Of a stretch of 64,000 bases of DNA, positions 17,556-26,389 are shown piece by piece. The notes under the pieces were generated by a model. That model was not told where the DNA came from and did not search any database. It saw nothing but the letters and a program-made list of their open reading frames with translations. How positions within the stretch are numbered: position 1 is the first letter of the stretch; each line of letters starts with the position of its first letter. The stretch is from Clostridia bacterium. Lineage in GTDB: Bacteria > Bacillota > Clostridia > TANB77 > CAG-508. A program made the position numbers and the translations under genes. The stretch spans positions 37,398 to 101,397 of the forward strand of contig JAFXOY010000160.1 in NCBI GenBank assembly GCA_017528375.1, read 5' to 3'.

Positions 17556-18398
17556 TTATTTAAATACTTGTTGCATACAAGTATAAACCTTTTTAGGCCA
17601 TGATGTTGGGTTACAATAACATCTACCAACGCCAGTAATTGTAGCACCGTGATATAAACTTCCTTTAGGTGATAAATATTTTTGTCCTAATAGTTTAATC
17701 ATAGCTTCAAATCCGGCTGCATCTGAAGAATACGGTATTAACTTACCTCCAGACATTAAACTTGAATAGTTATGTGTGTTTTGATGTTGTGGTGCTGAAC
17801 ACCAAGCAGACTCAATACCACATATACCTAATACGAATATTTCATTAACACTGTATTTTTGGCAACATTCCCAAATCCATGCAGCGTTTTTCTCTAATAT
17901 TCCAGTTCTATCATATTTCATATTAGTTACTAAAGTAACGAAATCTTCTTTTGATAAACCTGTTGTTTTTGAAACGTCCATATCAAAACTTATTCTTACA
18001 TCTTCAATTTTTATATATTGTTTTAATTCTTCATATTCATCTGATGCTTGATATGAATCAGCATTTGTGTTTATATACATACTACCAGATCTGTTTACCT
18101 CAGAACGGCTAGATAATGTTCCTATTATGCTGTTATTGTTTATAGCAGCTGATCTAGCTTCTTGCATATTGTTTGTGTCAATTCTTTCAGAATCATCTTC
18201 TGAAACTTCTTCTAATGTTTCTTCTGTGTTGTTTTCTTGAGTTTGATTTTCTGTATTTGTATTTTCTAAAATTTCATCATTTTTAGCAACTTTTACTATG
18301 TTTGCTTTAGAAATGTTAATTACACTAATTACAATTCCTAGAATTAGTAAAACTGATATTGTAACCACCATAGTAATTATTACTTTTTTGTTTTTCAT
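17556..18398 (-). CDS. membrane-anchored protein with C-terminal glucosaminidase-like cell-wall hydrolase domain (tentative)
   Basis: 280 aa with an N-terminal TM helix and an acidic low-complexity linker. The C-terminal region (GICGIESAW...NYSSL...) loosely resembles the LytD/FlgJ glucosaminidase fold. Confidence 0.4.
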   Translation of the reverse strand: MKNKKVIITMVVTISVLLILGIVISVINISKANIVKVAKNDEILENTNTENQTQENNTEETLEEVSEDDSERIDTNNMQEARSAAINNNSIIGTLSSRSEVNRSGSMYINTNADSYQASDEYEELKQYIKIEDVRISFDMDVSKTTGLSKEDFVTLVTNMKYDRTGILEKNAAWIWECCQKYSVNEIFVLGICGIESAWCSAPQHQNTHNYSSLMSGGKLIPYSSDAAGFEAMIKLLGQKYLSPKGSLYHGATITGVGRCYCNPTSWPKKVYTCMQQVFK

Positions 18399-18461
18399 TT
18401 TACATACATCCTTTTTTATTTAATTTGTGCTAGAATCTGTTCAATTCCAACAACAGTTATA

Positions 18462-18490
18462 ATTATACCATATTTTGGCTATAATGTCAA
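18462..18490 (-). promoter_or_regulatory. sigma-A consensus promoter
   Basis: Minus strand TTGACA (18490-18485), 17 nt, TATAAT (18467-18462), preceded by TGG. It lies upstream of gene 17556..18398. Confidence 0.6.
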
Positions 18491-18516
18491 AATATGTATC
18501 TCCAATGTACCAATTT

Positions 18517-19833
18517 TTAAGCATTTTTTATGATTCTTATACCTTCTTCAAGAGATACAGAAACCTGTTCTCCTGTTTCCATATTTTTTAATGCGATTGT
18601 ATTATTTTTTATTTCATCTTCTCCAATTACAATTACATATGGAATATTTAATCTACTTGCATATTTAAATTGATTTTTTATTTTAGCATTATCTGTATAA
18701 ATTTGAGTATTAATACCATTATTCCTTAACTGAGTAGCTATTTCAATGCTTTTACTAAAATCATCAGCCATAGAAACAATCATTACTTTAGAAATACTTC
18801 TATTTCCCGCTTCTATAATCTTATTATCTGTCAATTGGAAGAACAATCTAGTTAATCCAATTGAAATTCCAACACCTGGCATTTTCTTGTCTGTATAATA
18901 GCTTGATAAATTATCATATCTTCCCCCTGAACATACACTTCCTAATTGTCTATATTGATTTAAAAAAGTTTCATATACTGTTCCTGTGTAATAATCCAAT
19001 CCTCTAGCTATTGTTAAGTCTATTTTATAATTTTCTGTTGGAACACCAAATAATTTAATATTAGATGCTACTTCCTCTAATTCATTTACACCTAAATTAA
19101 ATAATTCATTATCGATATTTAATTCTCTTAAAGCTGATATTGTTTCTTCAATGTTTCCAGTAATAGATATGAAATTCATAATAGTGTCTATTTTATTGCT
19201 ATCTACACCAAGTTCTTGAATTTCTTTAATTACATTTTCTTTACCTATTTTATCAATCTTATCAATAATTCTCAATATTTGTACAGAAAGATTATTTAAT
19301 TCTAAAGCTTCAAACAAGCCGTTTAATATTTTTCTGTTATTGATACTTATTGTAAAATCATCAAATCCTAATTCTTTGAAAGTATTATAAATAATGCTTG
19401 GAATTTCTGCATCATTTATTAAACTTAATTCATTTTCACCAATTATATCTACATCACATTGATAAAATTCACGATATCTTCCTCTTTGAGCTTTTTCTCC
19501 TCTATACACTTTTCCTATTTGATATCTTCTGAATGGGAAAGTTAAATTTGGATAATACTCTGCTACATATTTAGCAAGTGGAACTGTTAAATCAAATCTT
19601 AATGCTAAATCAGAATCTCCTTTATTAAATCTATATATTTGTTTTTCTGTTTCACCACCTGCTTTTGCAAGTAATACTTCTGCTGATTCAACAATTGGTG
19701 TATTTAATGGTAAAAATCCAAATTTTTCATATGTTTTTTGAATTTTTTCCTTCATTTCATTAAATAATATTTGTTCATTTGGTAATAATTCCATAAATCC
19801 TGGTAATGTTTTTGGTTGTACTTTTTCGTTCAT
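18517..19833 (-). CDS. hisS: histidine--tRNA ligase
   Basis: GGAGG + 7 nt then ATG 19833 gives MNEKVQPKTLPGFMELLP... Class II motifs RFDLTVPLAKY, FRRYQIGKVYRGEKAQRGRYREFYQCDVD, GGRYD. Confidence 0.9.
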   Translation of the reverse strand: MNEKVQPKTLPGFMELLPNEQILFNEMKEKIQKTYEKFGFLPLNTPIVESAEVLLAKAGGETEKQIYRFNKGDSDLALRFDLTVPLAKYVAEYYPNLTFPFRRYQIGKVYRGEKAQRGRYREFYQCDVDIIGENELSLINDAEIPSIIYNTFKELGFDDFTISINNRKILNGLFEALELNNLSVQILRIIDKIDKIGKENVIKEIQELGVDSNKIDTIMNFISITGNIEETISALRELNIDNELFNLGVNELEEVASNIKLFGVPTENYKIDLTIARGLDYYTGTVYETFLNQYRQLGSVCSGGRYDNLSSYYTDKKMPGVGISIGLTRLFFQLTDNKIIEAGNRSISKVMIVSMADDFSKSIEIATQLRNNGINTQIYTDNAKIKNQFKYASRLNIPYVIVIGEDEIKNNTIALKNMETGEQVSVSLEEGIRIIKNA

Positions 19834-19934
19834 TTTAATTCCTCCTTCTAAATCTTTAAGGATAGTTATCACTTCCTAAAATTAACATAAATTTACTATT
19901 TTTGTCAATACATTTTAAATAATCTTATGCTATA

Positions 19935-19984
19935 CAAAAAAGACTATTTGCAAGTATTTTACACATCCCACAAATAGTCTTTTA
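19935..19984 (-). terminator. leader terminator (attenuator) upstream of hisS
   Basis: Minus strand AAAAGACTATTTG-(20-nt loop)-CAAATAGTCTTTTTTG, located about 100 nt upstream of the hisS start and downstream of the leader ORF. Confidence 0.7.
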
Positions 19985-20061
19985 AAATTTTATTTTTAAA
20001 TATTTTTAAACTATCGTAGGCATGCTTTTTAGCCTGTACCTACGCAATAATTTTGCAATAG

Positions 20062-20115
20062 TTACAAGCTCTTACAATGATGATGCACTTTGTTTAAAAA
20101 TATTTCTAATTTCAT
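20062..20115 (-). CDS. 17-codon leader peptide MKLEIFLNKVHHHCKSL (three consecutive His codons)
   Basis: GAGGTA SD with 5-7 nt spacing, then ATG 20115. Codon-by-codon translation ends at TAA 20062-20064. CAT CAT CAT occupies 20077-20085. Confidence 0.6.
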   Translation of the reverse strand: MKLEIFLNKVHHHCKSL

Positions 20116-20147
20116 AATTTTACCTCTTTTCTTTTTGATATACTGAA

Positions 20148-20176
20148 ATAATAACATTTTTTGGAAGAAATGTCAA
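20148..20176 (-). promoter_or_regulatory. sigma-A type promoter of the hisS leader
   Basis: Minus strand TTGACA (20176-20171), 17 nt, TATTAT (20153-20148). Confidence 0.65.
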
Positions 20177-20178
20177 TC

Positions 20179-20940
20179 TTATTTAACACTAATATGTATG
20201 TCTTCTACCTTAACGCCTATTTCTCTACATACAATATTTTGTATTTGAGCAATATCTGCTTCTGAAAGCTTTTCAGCTTTTACAATAACACTTGTACTGT
20301 TATCATTAACAAATATAACAACATCTTCAAATCCTAAATTTTTAATTAAGTTTTCTGCTATCATTATAGAATTCTTTTTATTATTTATCTTAGCAATTTC
20401 CTGAGTTGAGATGTTTTTTTGATCAGCTGCAATATTGCTGTTTTCAACTAGCCCTTGATATGATTCTAACATTTGTGAATACATTTTATCTCTTTCAAGC
20501 CTTGAAGCTACAAAGTAATCAGCTTGATAAGTTGTTGTTGAAGTTGTTTTAGTTGATTGGGTATTGTTATTCTCTGTTGATTTTTCTGTTGATGTACTGC
20601 CTGTTGATGTACTGCTAGCAGAGGTATTGTTAGATCCATTTGTATTATTAATACCGCTCTCTGCTGTTTGAATTGCCCCTGGATTATTGTCGTTAGAGTT
20701 TTCTTGATTTGATTCATCTTCTAATTCAATTTCTAAATCGTCATTGCCATTGTTATTCTGATTGACAGTATTGCTATTTACCAATTTTGCATCACCAATT
20801 CCTGCCATTTTTTCAGCATCCATTAGTGCACCTGTTTCAACAGAATTGTGCATATTATTTGAAAAACTCATGTAACCTACTGTTATTAACATTAATGCTA
20901 AAACAGAAATTATAATTTGATTTCTTTTTAAAACTTTCAT
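20179..20940 (-). CDS. spoIIIAH: stage III sporulation protein AH
   Basis: 253 aa with an N-terminal TM helix and an N/S/T-rich linker. The C-terminus YFVASRLERDKMYSQMLESYQ...IMIAENLIKNLGFEDVVIFVND... is typical of SpoIIIAH. It is the last gene of the spoIIIA cluster. Confidence 0.85.
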   Translation of the reverse strand: MKVLKRNQIIISVLALMLITVGYMSFSNNMHNSVETGALMDAEKMAGIGDAKLVNSNTVNQNNNGNDDLEIELEDESNQENSNDNNPGAIQTAESGINNTNGSNNTSASSTSTGSTSTEKSTENNNTQSTKTTSTTTYQADYFVASRLERDKMYSQMLESYQGLVENSNIAADQKNISTQEIAKINNKKNSIMIAENLIKNLGFEDVVIFVNDNSTSVIVKAEKLSEADIAQIQNIVCREIGVKVEDIHISVK

Positions 20941-20942
20941 AA

Positions 20943-21566
20943 TTAATCTCCTTTCATTTCAAACACCTGAATTTTATGAGTTGGAAGTCCTGTTGCTGCT
21001 TCTACAGCTTGAATAATATTACTTTTAACAACGCCATTACTTGCCCCCTTAGCTAAAACAACAGCCCCCTTGATTTCAGGAGTTACAACACTACTTGTAA
21101 CAACACTTTTTTGACCATTATTTTCCTGATAAACAACTTCTTTTTTGCTCGAATTCTCATTTATAGTTCTAACACCTCCTTGAGTATCTTCTTCTTGTGT
21201 AGTACTTTGCTGAATATCTTCATTATACATAGGTACTACTTTATTAGTTTCTGCATAGGTTATCAAAACCTTGACATTTCCAACCCCCTCTAGCTTTTTA
21301 AGAATTTCCTCAAGCTGATTTTCTAAAGCGCTATTACCCGAATTATTTTGTACTACAGAACTTTGTTCATCAAATTGATTACTTCCTATTATTTCATTCT
21401 GGTCATTATTAATATTTTTCTTATTCTTTTTATCCCCATTCCATATATAATTAATAAATATTATAGTTGCTATCAGAATTATTACAAAAACAACCAGGTT
21501 TTCTATAGTTTTCTTATTTCCTTTATTTTCGAACTTTGCAAGAAACTTTTCTTTAATAGTATCCAA
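20943..21566 (-). CDS. spoIIIAG: stage III sporulation protein AG
   Basis: TTG start with GGAGG SD. C-terminus GVGNVKVLITY...PEIKGAVVLAKGASNGVVKSNIIQAVEAATGLPTHKIQVF. Confidence 0.85.
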   Translation of the reverse strand: MDTIKEKFLAKFENKGNKKTIENLVVFVIILIATIIFINYIWNGDKKNKKNINNDQNEIIGSNQFDEQSSVVQNNSGNSALENQLEEILKKLEGVGNVKVLITYAETNKVVPMYNEDIQQSTTQEEDTQGGVRTINENSSKKEVVYQENNGQKSVVTSSVVTPEIKGAVVLAKGASNGVVKSNIIQAVEAATGLPTHKIQVFEMKGD

Positions 21567-21593
21567 GTTTTTAATCCTCCTTCTTGAAACATT

Positions 21594-22217
21594 TTAATTC
21601 ACAATAATATTATTTTCTTTTACATCATATACTCCGCTTAAATATTCCCTTAGCTTTCTCTTCTCGCTTTCATTTAAAATAGATTTTTCTTCCTTTTTCT
21701 CATCTTTTCTGCTTCCACCTAAACTAACTTTTATATTTTCGATATTATCAACTATTGTTGTAGCATTATTAAGATTGCTCGTTTGATTTCCAGATTCAGT
21801 TTTACCTGTAACTTTGAATTCAATTTTATTTAACGTATATTCTTTATTATTCAATATTTCCAAATTAATATTTTCAGTAATATATCCTTTTTGAGATACT
21901 TTTGATTTGATATCTATTTTTAAATTTTCTTCGAACATCTTTTTAATAGTTTCCTCAGTATTTATGTTGCTTGTTGATGTTTGTATTGTTCCTGATTTTG
22001 AGTTTTTTACATATAAGTCAAAATCTGATGATGTTAAATCAATTTTATCCTTAAATTTACTTATCACAGGTGAGATTATGCTAAATAGCACAAATATCCC
22101 AACAACTGTTTTTACATATTTACCATTTCCGTTATTAGGTAACAACATTTCAATTATAGTTGCTACAATTACTGCAACTATTATACCTTGCGCCCATGAA
22201 CTTATAGCACCAATCAA
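21594..22217 (-). CDS. spoIIIAF: stage III sporulation protein AF
   Basis: TTG start with GGGGGTG SD. WAQGIIVAVIVATIIEMLLPNNGNGKYVKTVVGIFVLFSIISPV. Confidence 0.8.
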   Translation of the reverse strand: MIGAISSWAQGIIVAVIVATIIEMLLPNNGNGKYVKTVVGIFVLFSIISPVISKFKDKIDLTSSDFDLYVKNSKSGTIQTSTSNINTEETIKKMFEENLKIDIKSKVSQKGYITENINLEILNNKEYTLNKIEFKVTGKTESGNQTSNLNNATTIVDNIENIKVSLGGSRKDEKKEEKSILNESEKRKLREYLSGVYDVKENNIIVN

Positions 22218-22244
22218 GTTTAATCACCCCCACCAAAAACATCA

Positions 22245-23403
22245 TCAGCCGTACATAGCTCCACTATTTGATATTTTTACTATTAGCGTAACTCCTATAA
22301 TCAACATCACAGATACACTACATAGCACTGCCAACAATAATTTAAATGTATCTCCCATGTGCGCTAAAAGTTTGATAATTTTGCCATCTGCAATTGGCTG
22401 ACATAGTGCTGATCCCAGATAATACATTGTCATTAGAGTGGCAAGTTTTAAAATTGGTACTATGCAAATTCCAATTATAATTATTACCCCAACAACGCCA
22501 AGTGCATTTTTTAAAATTATGCTGCACCCTAATACTGTATCAACTGCATCACCTAATATTTTCCCTACAACCGGAATAAAGTTTGACACTGCTGCTTTAG
22601 TGGTTTTAGCGGTAACTCCATCTACACTACTGCTTAAATTTCCCTCCAAAGATGTAACACCTACAAATAAAGTAAGAATAACACCTAAAACCCATATAGT
22701 GCTTGATTTCATAAATTTAGCCAACTTATCTATTTGAATCTTGTCCGAAATTTGAGAAATAATTCCAAGTGCAGTTGAAACAAGTACAATAGGTATTACA
22801 ACATTTACAATAAAATTTCCAATTATTGTAACCATAAATAATATTATCGGCTCCAAAATGCCAGCTGACGTTATGCAACCTGTGGTTATCATTAGTGTAA
22901 TTAATATTGGAATTAATAGATTAATAAATGATACTAAATTTTGAACAGATTGCCTTACCATACTTATTATTTCTGCAAAGCTGGTCATTACCAGTGCAAC
23001 TATCATTATGTATTGAACGTAATATGCAACTTGGGAAACTCCTTTATTTCCAAGACCATCACTTATACTTTTTAAAATTCCATGAATTACTACAATCACG
23101 ATTATGCTACTTAAAATAGCTGCCGAATTTAGAACCTCTTTTCCGAAGTAAACTCCAAAATAACTTCATCAACTTTACATTGTCTATATTCCCTGAAATA
23201 GCTGTCGAAAGTAAATTGTTTAAATCAACACCTGGCATTGATTCTTTAGTATATTGTTGCGCTTCATTTATGAAATCTGATATTTTTAAGTTTTGCTTTT
23301 GACTTTCTATTATTTCATTTGTATTATTAGCAGTTACGCTTAGCGGTTTTATAAAAATTAATATTTCAAATAAAATTATTAATATAGTTATTGTTTTTTT
23401 CAT
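22245..23403 (-). pseudogene. spoIIIAE: stage III sporulation protein AE, frame broken near 23143
   Basis: ATG 23403 gives MKKTITILIILFEILIF... (signal peptide) ...KLMKLFWSLL, and the zero frame stops at 23107. The +1 frame continues (G)KEVLNSAAILSSIIVIVVIHGILKSISDG... to 22245. Together the halves give about 385 aa, the normal SpoIIIAE size. Confidence 0.8.
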
Positions 23404-23418
23404 TAGCTTTATCCTTTT

Positions 23419-23488
23419 TGTCCCATTTGGGGACGGACTCATTTTGGGACATTTTTGACCCAAAACGAGTCCGTCCCCAAATGGGTCA
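23419..23488. repeat. family A inverted doublet (70 nt) between spoIIIAE and spoIIIAD
   Basis: TGTCCCATTTGGGGACGGACTCATTTTGGGACA, TTTT, TGACCCAAAACGAGTCCGTCCCCAAATGGGTCA. The two arms are near-perfect reverse complements. The last TCA (23486-23488) is the stop codon of the restored spoIIIAD frame. Confidence 0.9.
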
Positions 23489-23873
23489 TGGTAGAATTTT
23501 AGTTACAGTTTCTAGCAAGCTCGAAATTATCGGTATAGATACTGAAATAATCATTATTTTGCCTCCTATATCCATCTTGTTTGCTATTGCTGTTTCTCCG
23601 GCAATCTTTGCATATACTTACCCCAAATTCTGTTAATATCGCAATTCCTGTTATTTTTAGTAATAATGCTATATATGTTGTGTTTATAGCGGTTTTACTA
23701 GCCAAGTTATTTAATAGATTTACAACATCAAATAATTTGTCAAAGACTAGCATTAATATTAAAACACTTGCTGCTAGTGATGCATATAGAGCAAATTCTG
23801 GTTTATATTGCTTTAGTATTACAATCATCACTAATGAAATTAATCCCAAACCAATTACTTTTACAATTTCCAT
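23486..23873 (-). pseudogene. spoIIIAD: stage III sporulation protein AD, frame broken near 23600
   Basis: MEIVKVIGLGLISLVMIVILKQYKPEF...ITGIAILTEFGVSICKD, after which the zero frame reads CRRNSNSKQ... The +1 frame reads the canonical AGETAIANKMDIGGKIMIISVSIPIISSLLETVTKILP, ending at 23486. Confidence 0.8.
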
Positions 23874-23902
23874 CTTTTGTTAATATCCTTTCTCTTTTAG
23901 TC

Positions 23903-23973
23903 TGCACACATTTTAAGACCGTCCCTTTTTGGGACATTTTTGACCCAAAATGAGTCCGTCCCCAAATGGGTCA
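23903..23973. repeat. family A element between spoIIIAD and spoIIIAC
   Basis: TGCACACATTTTAAGACCGTCCCTTTTTGGGACA, TTTT, TGACCCAAAATGAGTCCGTCCCCAAATGGGTCA. Confidence 0.9.
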
Positions 23974-23975
23974 AA

Positions 23976-24170
23976 TTAAAGATTAAACATAGTTTTCACA
24001 GTATTAAATAAGGTGCTAATTTCTTTTATAACCATCGTCAAAACAATCACTAGTCCAGCTAAAGTGGTCATCATGGCTTGATCCTCACGTCCTGCTTTTA
24101 CTAATACTTGATGTAGAACTGCAACAAGTATTCCTACACCTGCAATTTTAAATAACAAATCTATATTCAT
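23976..24170 (-). CDS. spoIIIAC: stage III sporulation protein AC
   Basis: 64 aa: MNIDLLFKIAGVGILVAVLHQVLVKAGREDQAMMTTLAGLVIVL... Confidence 0.85.
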   Translation of the reverse strand: MNIDLLFKIAGVGILVAVLHQVLVKAGREDQAMMTTLAGLVIVLTMVIKEISTLFNTVKTMFNL

Positions 24171-24202
24171 ATGTATTTATCATCCTTTCGATTTATATAC
24201 TT

Positions 24203-24718
24203 TCATATAAGTACAATAACTATAATTAAACCTATGATAGCTCCTAATTTTTGATACATTTTTTCATTCTTATTTTTAGATTCTGTTGCTTCATTTATCT
24301 GTTTTTCAAGAAAGTTGCTTACTAATTCTATTTGACTAACTTGTCCTTCTATATCAGTTCTTCCAAGAAGCTTTCCTAATGTTTTTATGCAATTTATATC
24401 TTCTTTTTTTAGATTATAACTGTTAACTTCTACCGACTTTTCCCATGCTTCACCTGCCAATAAATTATCTTCATTTATGTATTTAACTGTATTAGAAAAT
24501 ATTTTTGCAATTGTACCATCAAATTTATTAGCTATTTCATTAAATATTTCTGGAATTGTTTCGAAAGAAAAATTTATTTTAACTTCAAACATATTTAACG
24601 CATTTTTCAAATCTTTTAATATTTGAACTCTGTTAGAATATCTCTTGGAAATTAAAATTCCTATAAATGTGCTTGTACAAAACAGAACTGTTAATAATAT
24701 AAATTTAAGCATATACAT
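24203..24718 (-). CDS. spoIIIAB: stage III sporulation protein AB
   Basis: GAGGTG + 6 nt then ATG 24718. MYMLKFILLTVLFCTSTFIGILISKRYSNRVQILKDL... with a C-terminal TM helix. Confidence 0.8.
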   Translation of the reverse strand: MYMLKFILLTVLFCTSTFIGILISKRYSNRVQILKDLKNALNMFEVKINFSFETIPEIFNEIANKFDGTIAKIFSNTVKYINEDNLLAGEAWEKSVEVNSYNLKKEDINCIKTLGKLLGRTDIEGQVSQIELVSNFLEKQINEATESKNKNEKMYQKLGAIIGLIIVIVLI

Positions 24719-24771
24719 GTAAGTCACCTCTTTCTGTATATAGTATATTCTGGCATTTATTGTTTTAGAAC

Positions 24772-24812
24772 AAAAAAATAAAAGACAAAGTTATTAAAAC
24801 TTTGTCTTTTTG
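24772..24812 (-). terminator. intrinsic terminator of the inserted membrane-protein gene
   Basis: Minus strand AAAGACAAAGTT-TTAATA-ACTTTGTCTTT followed by TATTTTTTTG. It overlaps the stop codon at 24794. Confidence 0.65.
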
Positions 24813-25159
24813 TTCTGGTCGATTTGTTTCAAAATATCTTTGTTTTTTTGCAGTTCCGATACATGTACTCTAATGTTCTTAGGTTCTTCATGCGTTGTTT
24901 CATAATATGTTTTGAACTCATATGCTCGTAATACTAAAGCAAAACAGTACAAAATAACTAACAATGCTGAAACCATTAGAATATCACAAACAAATATTGA
25001 TATTCCCCATGCTACCATAAGTGCAGAAGAAGTCACGACCGGTACAATAAGCTTAAATGTTGATTTCTCACTCCATGGATGCGTATTTACTACAAAAAAT
25101 ATAATGTCAATGATTGATAATATAATTATGAACGCATACAAAATATCAATCAATTTCAT
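24794..25159 (-). CDS. hypothetical 3-TM membrane protein lying between spoIIIAA and spoIIIAB
   Basis: GGAGG then ATG 25159 gives MKLIDILYAFIIILSIIDIIFFVV... (121 aa). It has its own terminator. No family recognised. Confidence 0.55.
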   Translation of the reverse strand: MKLIDILYAFIIILSIIDIIFFVVNTHPWSEKSTFKLIVPVVTSSALMVAWGISIFVCDILMVSALLVILYCFALVLRAYEFKTYYETTHEEPKNIRVHVSELQKNKDILKQIDQNKKTKF

Positions 25160-25340
25160 TATTATACCTCCTAAATACTTATTTCGGAAGTTACAAGTGT
25201 CTGACCATGCCACTTGTTTACGGATGAAATTAGCATGCTGACCATAAATTCATGCTAACTATAAGTTTTATTGAATATCAAAGTAAATTATAACACATTT
25301 ATTATTTATTTTCAACCGCGACTTTATTTTGTAGAGTTTT

Positions 25341-26241
25341 TTAAACTACCTTTTTAATTACTCCTTTTTGAAAAGAATCTAAAAAAATAATCTTCTCAAA
25401 AACTCCTAAATTTATCAGCTTATTGATTTCGGGATTTAGTCGCAAGTCTTGGAAATTATTACCATGAGCTGTAAAAATCCCTTTTACACCTGAACAAATT
25501 GCATAATTTATAACTTCACTATCATCTTTATTTCCGTATTTCATCAGCAACAATTACTTGCGGTGCTAAAGACCTTACAGCCATTCTAATACCTATGTTT
25601 TTAGGTACATTATCTAATACATCTGTTCTAATACCTATATCATTTTGAGGCACACCTCTATGCATTGCAGCAATCTCTCCTCTTTCATCAATTACAGAAA
25701 CCGTTAAACCTTTAAAATTAATTTCTGGCATACCATTGCTTATTTTATTAACAAGATCTCTTAGCATTGTTGTTTTTCCTGCTCCTGGAGGTGAAACTAT
25801 TAAAGTGTTAAAAATACTATTTTTAGACATGTCAATTATATATTGTAGCAAAGACATACTGCAACTTGGAATTTCTTTGGCAATTCTTATGTTTAGCGAA
25901 TATAAATTGGTTATATTTATTACTTTTCCATCTTTAACAACAACACTTCCGCTTACTCCTACTCTGTGCCCTCCCGGAATAGTTATAAAACCTCCACATA
26001 TTTGATTCTGATATGTATAAATAGAATTACTGCAAAACGTCTGCAAAATATTCAAAATTTCTTCTGTATTAATTTTATATTTCAAAATAAGTTCATTTAC
26101 ACCCATTTTCAAGATAACCGGCCTGCCAACTCTAATACGTATTTCTTCTATTTTTTCAAGATTCACATTATTAATAGCTTGTACCAGTTCATCTGGAAAA
26201 CATTTTGAAATTGATAATTTAAGAAGTTCTAATTTGTTCAT
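25341..26241 (-). pseudogene. spoIIIAA: stage III sporulation protein AA (ATPase), frame broken near 25534
   Basis: MNKLELLKL...PPGAGKTTMLRDL (Walker A) ...PQVIVADEI, then the zero frame reads RK-stop. The +1 frame continues (G)NKDDSEVINYAICSGVKGIFTAHG... to 25341. ORF-track ORFs 25528..26241 and 25341..25553 are the two halves. Confidence 0.8.
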
Positions 26242-26252
26242 ATTTCCTCCTT

Positions 26253-26335
26253 TGCACAGTTGGGGACGCGTCCCTGCTGTGCATTTTGCACAGCCAGGGA
26301 CAGGTTAGCGAATATGATGTGTCCCCAACTGTGCA
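26253..26335. repeat. family B element, truncated (two units)
   Basis: TGCACAGTTGGGGACGCGTCCCTGCTGTGCA, TTT, TGCACAGCCAGGGACAGGTTAGCGAATATGATGTGTCCCCAACTGTGCA. It ends 11 nt from the spoIIIAA start; its terminal TGCA runs directly into the AAGGAGG SD. Confidence 0.9.
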
Positions 26336-26371
26336 AAAAAAGCATACTATATTAATATAGTATGCTTTTTT
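26335..26371 (-). terminator. intrinsic terminator downstream of yebC
   Basis: AAAAAAAGCATACTATAT-TAA-TATAGTATGCTTTTTT. Confidence 0.75.
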
Positions 26372-26389
26372 CGTTAATATTAGAACTAA

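Noticed and set aside
19834-20176. T-box riboswitch upstream of hisS
   Set aside because: This would be expected for a Firmicute aaRS gene. However, I could not find the conserved T-box motif, a convincing Stem I/AG-box or a single-codon specifier loop. An SD-led ORF with three His codons is present instead. I could not run a covariance model, so this remains an alternative in the finding.
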